Origin: Candidatus Nanohaloarchaea archaeon
Lineage (GTDB): Archaea; Nanohalarchaeota; Nanosalinia; Nanosalinales; Nanosalinaceae
Assembly (NCBI GenBank): GCA_013343275.1
Contig: CP046106.1
Location: 576,001 to 640,000 of the forward strand
Length of the DNA: 64,000 nucleotides
Direction: 5' to 3'
In this document: positions 9,652-17,101 of the stretch, piece by piece
Layout of the letters: each line of letters starts with the position of its first letter
How positions within the stretch are numbered: position 1 is the stretch's first letter
The notes under the pieces: model-generated
Told to the model about the DNA's origin: nothing
Database searches by the model: none
What the model saw: only the letters and a program-made list of their open reading frames with translations
Translations under genes and position numbers: made by a program

Positions 9652-10608
9652 ATGGGAGAGTGCTCGAAATGCGGGAAGCAGGCAATGACTTTCACCTGCC
9701 GTTACTGTAACGACAAGTTCTGTTCAGAGCACCGTCTGCCGGAGAACCATGACTGTGAAGGCCTTGAGGAAGGCGTGCAGCAGGAGAAAGAGGAGACTCG
9801 TAAATGGTTCGAGGAGAAGAAGCTGAAGCAGGAGACCAAGCATGGCCAGCCAAAGAAGCAGAAGTCATCATTTTTCCGCGACGCGGTAAATTCACTGAGT
9901 AGAAATGCTACTTTCGGTATAATCACTGTTACTGTTATCTCCTTCATGCTTCAGGCTGTGCCGGGATACGTTGAGTTCATGCAGCTTTCACCGGCGCTTA
10001 CCCAGGCAGCTGTTGAAGCCACAAATTCGGCGGTAGAAGGAACTTTACTTACTACCACACTTGTACAGCAGCCATGGACTCTTCTGACAGTTATGCTCCT
10101 TCACAGCGGCTTCCTTCATATCTTTGCGAACATGGTTACTTTCTACTTCTTCGGAAGCGTTGTGGAGAGATCTATAGGTGCGAAAGAAACACTGAAGATA
10201 TATCTTATTTCAGGCCTTGCAGCAAGCATAGGTTTCGTGGTATTCAGGAATCTAATCTACTACATACACGATTCTGCAATTGTAGGAGGCTTGCCTGTTC
10301 TCAGCCCAGCAGTTGGGGCTTCAGGAGCAGTAGTTGCATTCCTTGGCATAGTAGCTATGCTCTATCCTGAAGCAGAGGTACTGCTCTACTTCTTCATACC
10401 TATGAAGATCAGAACTGCGGTACTCGCTTTCGGAGCAATAGAGTTCGTCAATCTGGCCTTCAAGCTTGCAGGCACCACACTACCTGTAATCGGTATGTTC
10501 GCGAGCTCAGCTCACCTCACAGGGCTTGCAGTGGGCCTCTGGTACGGCAGAAAGCTTCAGGACAGGTACGGCCGTAAAAACAGTTTCTTTGATATAGCCC
10601 GTTTCTAG
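9652..10608 (+). CDS. Rhomboid protease with N-terminal AN1-type zinc finger
   Basis: CSKC...CRYC...FCSEHRLPENHDC; HIFANM, GASG (catalytic Ser), AHLTG (catalytic His). Confidence 0.93.
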   Translation: MGECSKCGKQAMTFTCRYCNDKFCSEHRLPENHDCEGLEEGVQQEKEETRKWFEEKKLKQETKHGQPKKQKSSFFRDAVNSLSRNATFGIITVTVISFMLQAVPGYVEFMQLSPALTQAAVEATNSAVEGTLLTTTLVQQPWTLLTVMLLHSGFLHIFANMVTFYFFGSVVERSIGAKETLKIYLISGLAASIGFVVFRNLIYYIHDSAIVGGLPVLSPAVGASGAVVAFLGIVAMLYPEAEVLLYFFIPMKIRTAVLAFGAIEFVNLAFKLAGTTLPVIGMFASSAHLTGLAVGLWYGRKLQDRYGRKNSFFDIARF

Positions 10609-11147
10609 AGAGTTGAACGCTCAACTTCGTAGTAAGTTACATCGTTCTCTGTATCGACCACGCCCCACAGCATTGTGGCCCGAACGTTCTGAGCCAGTCG
10701 AGCACCTCTAGACATCTCCTGAAAGCTCATGGTATGGTTCTCAGGTACAGCATGCACAAGATACTTTGTATGCTGTCTATCCCGTTTATCTCCTTCAGCA
10801 TATGGATTTACGCCACGTGGGTAAACTCTGAAATGGGAGCCGAACTTGAAACCACTCTTCACGATGTAACCTCGTTCACGGAGATCGCTGTAGACAGTAA
10901 ACTTCTGGTCGAACTCCTCATCGATATCGGAGAATCGCTGGAATATCTCATCCCTACCAAGCTCTTCCCCTGATTCATCTTCGACCTCTATCTCATCTCT
11001 CTCGTAGAGGTGAAAGGCCTCGGAGAATGAAAGTTCAAGTCTGCCATCGTCCAGGATCTTCCCATAGTATTTCTCGCTGTGGATCTCTTCCGCATCCTCC
11101 TCATCCCAGACCTTGACAGTGCTACCAGTAATTTTTGCTGTAACCAT
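10605..11147 (-). CDS. endA: tRNA-intron endonuclease, single-unit (alpha4-size) form
   Basis: VYSDLRERGYIVKSGFKFGSHFRVY...H...VDTENDVTYY. Confidence 0.92.
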   Translation of the reverse strand: MVTAKITGSTVKVWDEEDAEEIHSEKYYGKILDDGRLELSFSEAFHLYERDEIEVEDESGEELGRDEIFQRFSDIDEEFDQKFTVYSDLRERGYIVKSGFKFGSHFRVYPRGVNPYAEGDKRDRQHTKYLVHAVPENHTMSFQEMSRGARLAQNVRATMLWGVVDTENDVTYYEVERSTL

Positions 11148-11183
11148 AATTCAGAAATAGAACGTGAGACTTTTAGGCCTATT

Positions 11184-11846
11184 TCAGAAACTTCCGAGAT
11201 CTTTCTGCGAGGCCTCCTTCAGTATTCGCTCCGCAGTACTCCACGACTTCCTTGTCTCCTTAGGTAGCTCTCCTTTCTCCTCCACATACTTCTCCAGGAA
11301 ACTAATCGTAGGCTTATCATGAGGGTATCCCGAGGCAAAGTCATAACCGTACTTCTTCTTCAAATCGTCGACATGACTCTCCCTTGCAGACTTCGCCACA
11401 ATAGAAGCAGCAGAGACAACAGGAAAAGTATCATCGGCGCCATGCTCCGCAACAAAATCTACATCTGCAAATCTTTCAGGTAGCTGATCCTTCAGCTTAT
11501 TGATAAATCTCTCCGCGTTCGGTTCCGGGAGATCAACGATCACTTTATCCGCATCAGTTCTTCCAATTACATCTGTAAAGGCCTTTACCTCGATCTCGTT
11601 TAGAGACATTACATTTCGAAGCTCATCTATCTCCTCGGCCTTGACTTCCTTCAGAAAGGCCTCTCCATGCTCTTCCAGCTGATCCCGAATTGATTCTCTC
11701 TTCTTCCCAGATAGCTTCTTCGAGTCCTTTACTCCAAGTTCCTCGATCTCATCTATTCTTTCTTCGTCTATCATGAATCCTCCGATAAACATCGAGCCTA
11801 TTACCGGGCCTCTTCCTGCTTCGTCAATTCCTAGAACCTTGGCCAT
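11184..11846 (-). CDS. rnhB: Ribonuclease HII
   Basis: GIDEAGRGPVIG, DSKKL, SAASIVAK, SGYPHD, RKSW; start placed at ATG 11846. Confidence 0.96.
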   Translation of the reverse strand: MAKVLGIDEAGRGPVIGSMFIGGFMIDEERIDEIEELGVKDSKKLSGKKRESIRDQLEEHGEAFLKEVKAEEIDELRNVMSLNEIEVKAFTDVIGRTDADKVIVDLPEPNAERFINKLKDQLPERFADVDFVAEHGADDTFPVVSAASIVAKSARESHVDDLKKKYGYDFASGYPHDKPTISFLEKYVEEKGELPKETRKSWSTAERILKEASQKDLGSF

Positions 11847-11907
11847 AGAATACAGATTTGATATTTCGCCCAAGATATATAGTTCTATCTCGGGAAACTC
11901 TGTCTTG

Positions 11908-12237
11908 ATGGTAGAGAAGAGAACTATCGATTTACTTAACATTCTTCTACTTGCGGTCCTGTTATTGAGCCTTAGTTCGTATCTTCCATCTAGCTCCTCA
12001 AAACTTACAGGAAGCTTCTACAGCCAGCCTGTTGATCAAGAACCGCAGTGCTATTTTTCGAATGACGGCGAAGTGTCGCAGATACCTGTAGGATCCTGCT
12101 GTCCGAGTGCAAGAGAGATGGCAAGATGCGTATCCAGCAGTAGCGGAGTAACCTGTTTCAACTCGGAAGACAGAAATCTGACACTCAATCATGAAGCAGT
12201 AGAGTACTGCAGTTCAAGAGGGATCGAACTTGGATAA
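11908..12237 (+). CDS. Small exported Cys-rich protein
   Basis: ATG 11908 (MVEKRTID), hydrophobic N-terminal helix, LTGSF, six Cys; overlaps the GH3 start by 8 bp. Confidence 0.65.
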   Translation: MVEKRTIDLLNILLLAVLLLSLSSYLPSSSSKLTGSFYSQPVDQEPQCYFSNDGEVSQIPVGSCCPSAREMARCVSSSSGVTCFNSEDRNLTLNHEAVEYCSSRGIELG

Positions 12238-13441
12238 GAAGTACCACCTTGCAGCGACTTTTCTACTGGTATTCGCCATAGTTACTGTTCAGGCAGTAGG
12301 CCAGACAGCCAGTGTAAAAACCGAGACTCCAAACACTACTTCAAATGAAACCAATACAAGCGAAAAGGCCTACGACCTTACCGGATACCAGGGGATCAGA
12401 CTTTACGAAGAAAACAGGACCATCTATCTGGATTCGATAGGCCTCAAGCAGAAGATAGGTTTGATGACGGAAACCTGGAGGCTTAACAGTGGAAGAATCA
12501 GTCAGGATGATGTAATGGGTGGTTTCCATCTCGGAGGCCTTGGTTCACGGGAGTCAACTATGGAGGTTATACATAACTACAGTCAGGGCCGGCCGATTGA
12601 ACCACTTGTCTCTATGGATATGGAGGGCTGTGGAAACCCTATATCAGGCTTCATGAAAAGCAAGTCCCTGGATGAGATCAAAAATGTTTCTTCAGCCCGT
12701 AGACTTGGTGAGAAGCACGGCAGCCATCTCAGGAAAATAGGTGTAGACATCAACTACGCCCCCGTCCTAGATGTTAACGATACGATATGGAAATGCCGGA
12801 GTTTTGAAGGAGACTACAGAGAAACCGCGGAGAAAGGATGTGCATACATAAGAGGTCTTCAGAGCGAGGGAGTAATGGCTACCGCCAAACACTTCCCAGG
12901 AGAGACCTTGACAGGCAAGGATCCTCATAACAAGATAAAACACGTCAACCTCACAAAGGAAGACACCTACCCCTTCAGGAAGGCCGTTGAATGCAACGTC
13001 TCCGCCATCATGATATCACACCAGATAACTACCGGCGTGATAGACTCAAACGGCAAGCCTGCCTCAGTCTCCAGAAACGTAGTGAGAACCCTGAGAGAAG
13101 AATACGGATTCAAAGGCCTTATAGTCACAGATGCTATCAACATGGGCGGTATTGACAAGTACTACGAGAGCGAGAAGAAAAAATATCTTGCGCTCTTCAG
13201 GGCCGGTAACGACTTCATCCTGAATCTGGCTGGCAACGAGCAAGACAAGAAAGAGATGGTAAAGTTTGTCGCTCAGGCAGTTAGATCAGGAAAACTGGAT
13301 AAAAGCAAGATAGATAGATCAGTAACCCGGCTTCTGAACGCTAGAGGCTGGACAGTAGTTACAGAGGACGATAACAGAACCAGAGTTTACCGGCCCGGAA
13401 GACTGCCTGGCCCAACCAACATCAACAGTTTAAAAGAGTAG
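12230..13441 (+). CDS. Exported glycoside hydrolase family 3 (NagZ-like beta-N-acetylhexosaminidase)
   Basis: Signal peptide; DMEG, APVLD, RSF, KHFPG...DPH, IMISH, TDAINMGG (nucleophile Asp); TTG start. Confidence 0.85.
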   Translation: MDKKYHLAATFLLVFAIVTVQAVGQTASVKTETPNTTSNETNTSEKAYDLTGYQGIRLYEENRTIYLDSIGLKQKIGLMTETWRLNSGRISQDDVMGGFHLGGLGSRESTMEVIHNYSQGRPIEPLVSMDMEGCGNPISGFMKSKSLDEIKNVSSARRLGEKHGSHLRKIGVDINYAPVLDVNDTIWKCRSFEGDYRETAEKGCAYIRGLQSEGVMATAKHFPGETLTGKDPHNKIKHVNLTKEDTYPFRKAVECNVSAIMISHQITTGVIDSNGKPASVSRNVVRTLREEYGFKGLIVTDAINMGGIDKYYESEKKKYLALFRAGNDFILNLAGNEQDKKEMVKFVAQAVRSGKLDKSKIDRSVTRLLNARGWTVVTEDDNRTRVYRPGRLPGPTNINSLKE

Positions 13442-13462
13442 GACTTTATCTGATAGTTAGAG

Positions 13463-13537
13463 AGCGGGGTGGAGCAGCCAGGAGTGCTCGTCGGGCTCAT
13501 AACCCGGAGGTCCGTGGTTCAAATCCACGCCCCGCTA
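13463..13537 (+). tRNA. tRNA-Met(CAT), initiator
   Basis: AGCGGGG/CCCCGCT acceptor stem (A1-U72), three G-C pairs closing the CTCATAA loop, TTCAAAT T-loop; no encoded CCA. Confidence 0.96.
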
Positions 13538-13830
13538 TCAAACCCGCATATCAAACTTGCTTGAAATTCTCTCTACCTAGGATCAGAGCATTCTACAAAA
13601 CTACATAGACTCTTCGACATCAAATTAACCGCCCAGATATCTAGCAATAATTCAGAATTAGTCTTTCAGGCTGGAAGATCTATTACCAGCTTTTTAGCTA
13701 ATTTGAAGGTGCCGTGAACAGTCCCTATTTCCGGCTGGAAGAGTCGTTAATTTAAATAAGGTTGTTGAGGATTGTATACTTACGTGGGGGCGTAGGGGTA
13801 GATGGTACCAGACAGGTGTAAAAACAGCAA

Positions 13831-14187
13831 ATGCAGAAACTTGGAAACATACTGATCAATGTAATGCAGGAACTTTCGAGAACCTCCACAAACGGAGAGG
13901 CTCATATAGAGGTAAACAGCACTGTCTGCAGCCCTGAAGAGTTTGAGACATTATTCGGCTACTTTACCCGCGGAACAATTCTTGAGAGGATCGACCTGGA
14001 CGTGGAGAAAATTGATCCTGTTGTAACATGTGGTTGTGGATTTACCGAGAAAGCAGATGAAGGCCACGATGGATACACTAAATGCCCGGAATGCGGCAGA
14101 TTCGCCGAGATCAGAGACCCAACATACAACATTGTGAAGCCTAACCCCGAGACTAATGGGGAAAGACAAAGCATCCGCTTCTCGTAA
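13831..14187 (+). CDS. HypA/HybF-like zinc-binding protein
   Basis: ~118 aa; F..F..FTRGTILE..L, TCGCG and CPECG zinc knuckles; lacks the N-terminal MHE nickel motif. Confidence 0.65.
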   Translation: MQKLGNILINVMQELSRTSTNGEAHIEVNSTVCSPEEFETLFGYFTRGTILERIDLDVEKIDPVVTCGCGFTEKADEGHDGYTKCPECGRFAEIRDPTYNIVKPNPETNGERQSIRFS

Positions 14188-14275
14188 AAATATATTCAAA
14201 AAGTTTCCAGCAAATTCTAAATTTAACCGAAAGTGTGAAGGCCAGAAACTCTCTGGTCTTCGACAGACTCTTTAT

Positions 14276-14358
14276 GCCGGGGTAGCCAAGTGGCCAAAGG
14301 CGATGGACTCAAGATCCATTCCCGCAGGGGTTCGCAAGTTCAAATCTTGTCCCCGGCA
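14276..14358 (+). tRNA. tRNA-Leu(CAA)
   Basis: GCCGGGG/CCCCGGC acceptor stem, ATGGA-CTCAAGA-TCCAT anticodon arm, long variable arm, TTCAAAT T-loop. Confidence 0.96.
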
Positions 14359-14445
14359 ATCCTTATCTAAGGCAGTTTCAATAGAAATATTAAGACATTT
14401 TAGATGCTTTTTTCTAAGAGAAGAAACGGTTAGAAGACCTGTATC

Positions 14446-14880
14446 CTATTTCAGATCTGAAAGCTCGTTTTGAAGGTTATCAAGCTCGCTTCTCAGCTCT
14501 TCTATCGAGTTATCCATCTCCGGGTTCTGAGCGGAGTCGATATCTAGGTTCTGGTCAAGGTTAGCGGTACTGTTTGCCTCCATCTGCTGATTATTCTGTG
14601 GAGAGGAAGTCTGCGCGCTCTGGCGGTCGTTAAGTTCTTCTTCAGGCATGTTATCCTCTAACTCAGGCATCTGGCCTGCTACTTCGCCCAGCTCGTTGTT
14701 CAGGCGTTCTATATTATCATTTACCGTATCTATTGCAGTCTGCTTCACCTGTCTGACCTGTCTAAGGACCTCCATTGCCTCTTCAATATTGGAAATCGTA
14801 TCCTCTACCGAGTCCAGGTCATTGAGAAGTTCTCTGTATCCATCCAGTTTGACGTAAAGCTGGTCCTGTTCGGAGTCCAT
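14446..14880 (-). CDS. Hypothetical coiled-coil protein
   Basis: LYVKLDGYREL followed by heptads, an N/Q-rich linker and a short C-terminal coil. Confidence 0.75.
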   Translation of the reverse strand: MDSEQDQLYVKLDGYRELLNDLDSVEDTISNIEEAMEVLRQVRQVKQTAIDTVNDNIERLNNELGEVAGQMPELEDNMPEEELNDRQSAQTSSPQNNQQMEANSTANLDQNLDIDSAQNPEMDNSIEELRSELDNLQNELSDLK

Positions 14881-15099
14881 AATGGTACAGTGGAGAAAGC
14901 TGCTTATTAAAAATACTGATCAACCCAATCGCGAAAATCGGCAAGTCCTGTAAGGGATAAAAACAGGGCTCAGAGGTGTTCAGTTGTCATCAACCCTCTG
15001 TTCGAGGTTCAGACGATGTCGAAAAATTCCTCATCATCGCACAGGTCAAAGATAACCCTCCGAATTTAATAAGGTCTTTCTAGAGAAAACATTGAGTAA

Positions 15100-15678
15100 A
15101 TGGACAGGAAACAGTTGGCGTACCGAATCTCCCAGATCTTCCACCCTGCTGTAATCGAGACACCTGCAGCAATCACTGCCCTCTACATGTATGGCCTTAC
15201 AGCAGGAGAAATACTTTACTTCGCAGTCATCCCTATAGCAACTTTAACGGCAGTACTGTACGCACTCCTCCGGATTCCAAGGTATAGAGGCCTCGATATG
15301 GATATCCAGAAGGACCGCCATATCATGTATCCCCCGGCAATACTGCTTCTGTCGATTTTCGCAGCTCTAACCAGTCTACTCAACGGCCCGGAGATTATAG
15401 TTTCACTCTATCCCGGAATGGTTGGCGTGGCTGTCGTTAACTTCCTGGTTAATAGAGAGGTGAAGATAAGCCTGCATACAACAGGCATGGGAGTGCTTAC
15501 AGCTATCTTCACAGGCATCTTCGGAATGCTAGGCCTCGCCTTTTTCCTTGCCTCTGTCTTCGTAGGCTGGTCGCGTATAATGCTGAGAAGGCATACCTTG
15601 ACCGAGGCCATGCTCGGTTTCTTCGTGTCGTACAGCCTGGTTTTGAGTTCTCTGCTTGTGTGGATGGGAAGCGCATAA
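15100..15678 (+). CDS. PAP2-like membrane protein
   Basis: KISLH and WSRIMLRRHT motifs in a multi-TM protein. Confidence 0.7.
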   Translation: MDRKQLAYRISQIFHPAVIETPAAITALYMYGLTAGEILYFAVIPIATLTAVLYALLRIPRYRGLDMDIQKDRHIMYPPAILLLSIFAALTSLLNGPEIIVSLYPGMVGVAVVNFLVNREVKISLHTTGMGVLTAIFTGIFGMLGLAFFLASVFVGWSRIMLRRHTLTEAMLGFFVSYSLVLSSLLVWMGSA

Positions 15679-15715
15679 AAAATTCATCGGAGAAACTCTG
15701 TAGTGTTGATATAAA

Positions 15716-17026
15716 ATGATTGAAAGAACCTACACCAACAAAGTTACAGCCGATCAGGACGGCGAGACAGTCGCTGTTTCCGGATGGGCTCACGAGATCC
15801 GCGATCTCGGAGGAATAACCTTCGTAGTTCTGCGGGACAGAAAAGGCCAGATACAGCTAACATTCAAGGAAGACGAAGACGAAGAACTTTTCGAAAATGC
15901 ACAGAATATAGGTAAAGAAGACGTTATCTGGGCCAAAGGTGTAGTACAGGCGAACGAACAGGCTCCTGGCGACAGAGAGCTTCACCCTGAAGAACTGAAG
16001 ATTATTGGAGAGGCTGAATCTCCTCTGCCTATGGATATCTCCAGCGAAGTCGAATCAGAGATGTCCACCAGACTTGACAACAGATTCATGGATCTCAGAA
16101 GGCCTGAGAAGCATGCAATCTTCTCACTTAGATCCCATCTCCTAGATGCGATGGAGGACTGGTTCGATGAGAACGAATACATCAACATCCAGACGCCTAA
16201 TATTGCAAAAATGGGTGCAGAAGGAGGAGCAGAGCTCTTCCCTGTAGTATACTATGGTGAAGAGGCTTTCCTTTCCCAGAGCCCTCAGCTTTACAAGCAG
16301 ATGCTGATGGCAGCAGGATTCGACAAGGTCTACGAGACAGGCACCGCTTTCAGAGCTGAAGAGTTCGCAACTTCACGCCACCTCTCAGAAATCTCCATGT
16401 TCGATGTTGAGCTGGCATTTATCGACAGCCAGGAAGATGTAATGGATGTGCTAGAGGAATCTCTGCGGCATACACTGCAGGAAGTCGAGAAAGAAGCCGC
16501 CTCCGAACTGGAAACTCTCGGAGTAGATCTTGAAGTACCGGAAGATGACTTCCCGAGAATCAGCTTCGAGAAGGCCCGCGAAATCCTGAAGGAAGAGTAC
16601 GATCACGTACCAGAGGACGAAGGAGATCTCGACACCAAGGGAGAGAAGCTTCTCGGAGAGTACTTCGAGGAACAGGGTCATCCTGCGTTCTTCGTAATAG
16701 GTTATCCTGGCGAGAAATTCTACTACATGGAGGCCCGTGAAGGCGATGAGTACGGATCCAGACGGTTCGACCTGATCTACAAAGGCCTTGAGCTCGCATC
16801 AGGAGGTCAGAGAGAGCATGACATGGACCGACTAATGGCCGCGATCGAGGAGGAAGGTATCGATCCCGACGACATAAGCTTCTATCTGGAGTCTTTCAAG
16901 TTCGGAATGCCTCCACACGGTGGATACGGCCTTGGAATCGACAGGCTTGTCAAGCAGGTCGCAGAACTTGACAACGTCAAGGAAGCAATCCTGTTCCCAA
17001 GGACACCAGAACGGTTAACACCGTAA
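15716..17026 (+). CDS. aspS: Aspartate--tRNA(Asp/Asn) ligase, probably non-discriminating
   Basis: GWAHEIRDLGG, QAPG loop Pro, LSQSPQLYKQ, FRAE, GMPPHGGYGLGIDR, FPRTPERLTP. Confidence 0.96.
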   Translation: MIERTYTNKVTADQDGETVAVSGWAHEIRDLGGITFVVLRDRKGQIQLTFKEDEDEELFENAQNIGKEDVIWAKGVVQANEQAPGDRELHPEELKIIGEAESPLPMDISSEVESEMSTRLDNRFMDLRRPEKHAIFSLRSHLLDAMEDWFDENEYINIQTPNIAKMGAEGGAELFPVVYYGEEAFLSQSPQLYKQMLMAAGFDKVYETGTAFRAEEFATSRHLSEISMFDVELAFIDSQEDVMDVLEESLRHTLQEVEKEAASELETLGVDLEVPEDDFPRISFEKAREILKEEYDHVPEDEGDLDTKGEKLLGEYFEEQGHPAFFVIGYPGEKFYYMEAREGDEYGSRRFDLIYKGLELASGGQREHDMDRLMAAIEEEGIDPDDISFYLESFKFGMPPHGGYGLGIDRLVKQVAELDNVKEAILFPRTPERLTP

Positions 17027-17101
17027 AGACCTCCATTTTTCCTCCTTCTCATTTCTACACCGCACTTTTTAATCAAGTAAGACGCACAAAAATGTATTGT
17101 T

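Noticed and set aside
9652-10608. AN1 zinc finger-rhomboid fusion as a novelty
   Set aside because: This architecture is already known from haloarchaeal rhomboids.
13531-13555. Imperfect tandem repeat of the tRNA-iMet 3' end (CCCGCTATCAAA/CCCGCATATCAAA) as an att site
   Set aside because: It is only 12 bp, directly adjacent, with no integrase or intervening element.
14156-14473. 105-aa ORF here and 61-aa ORF at 24445-24630
   Set aside because: They overlap tRNA genes and are spurious.
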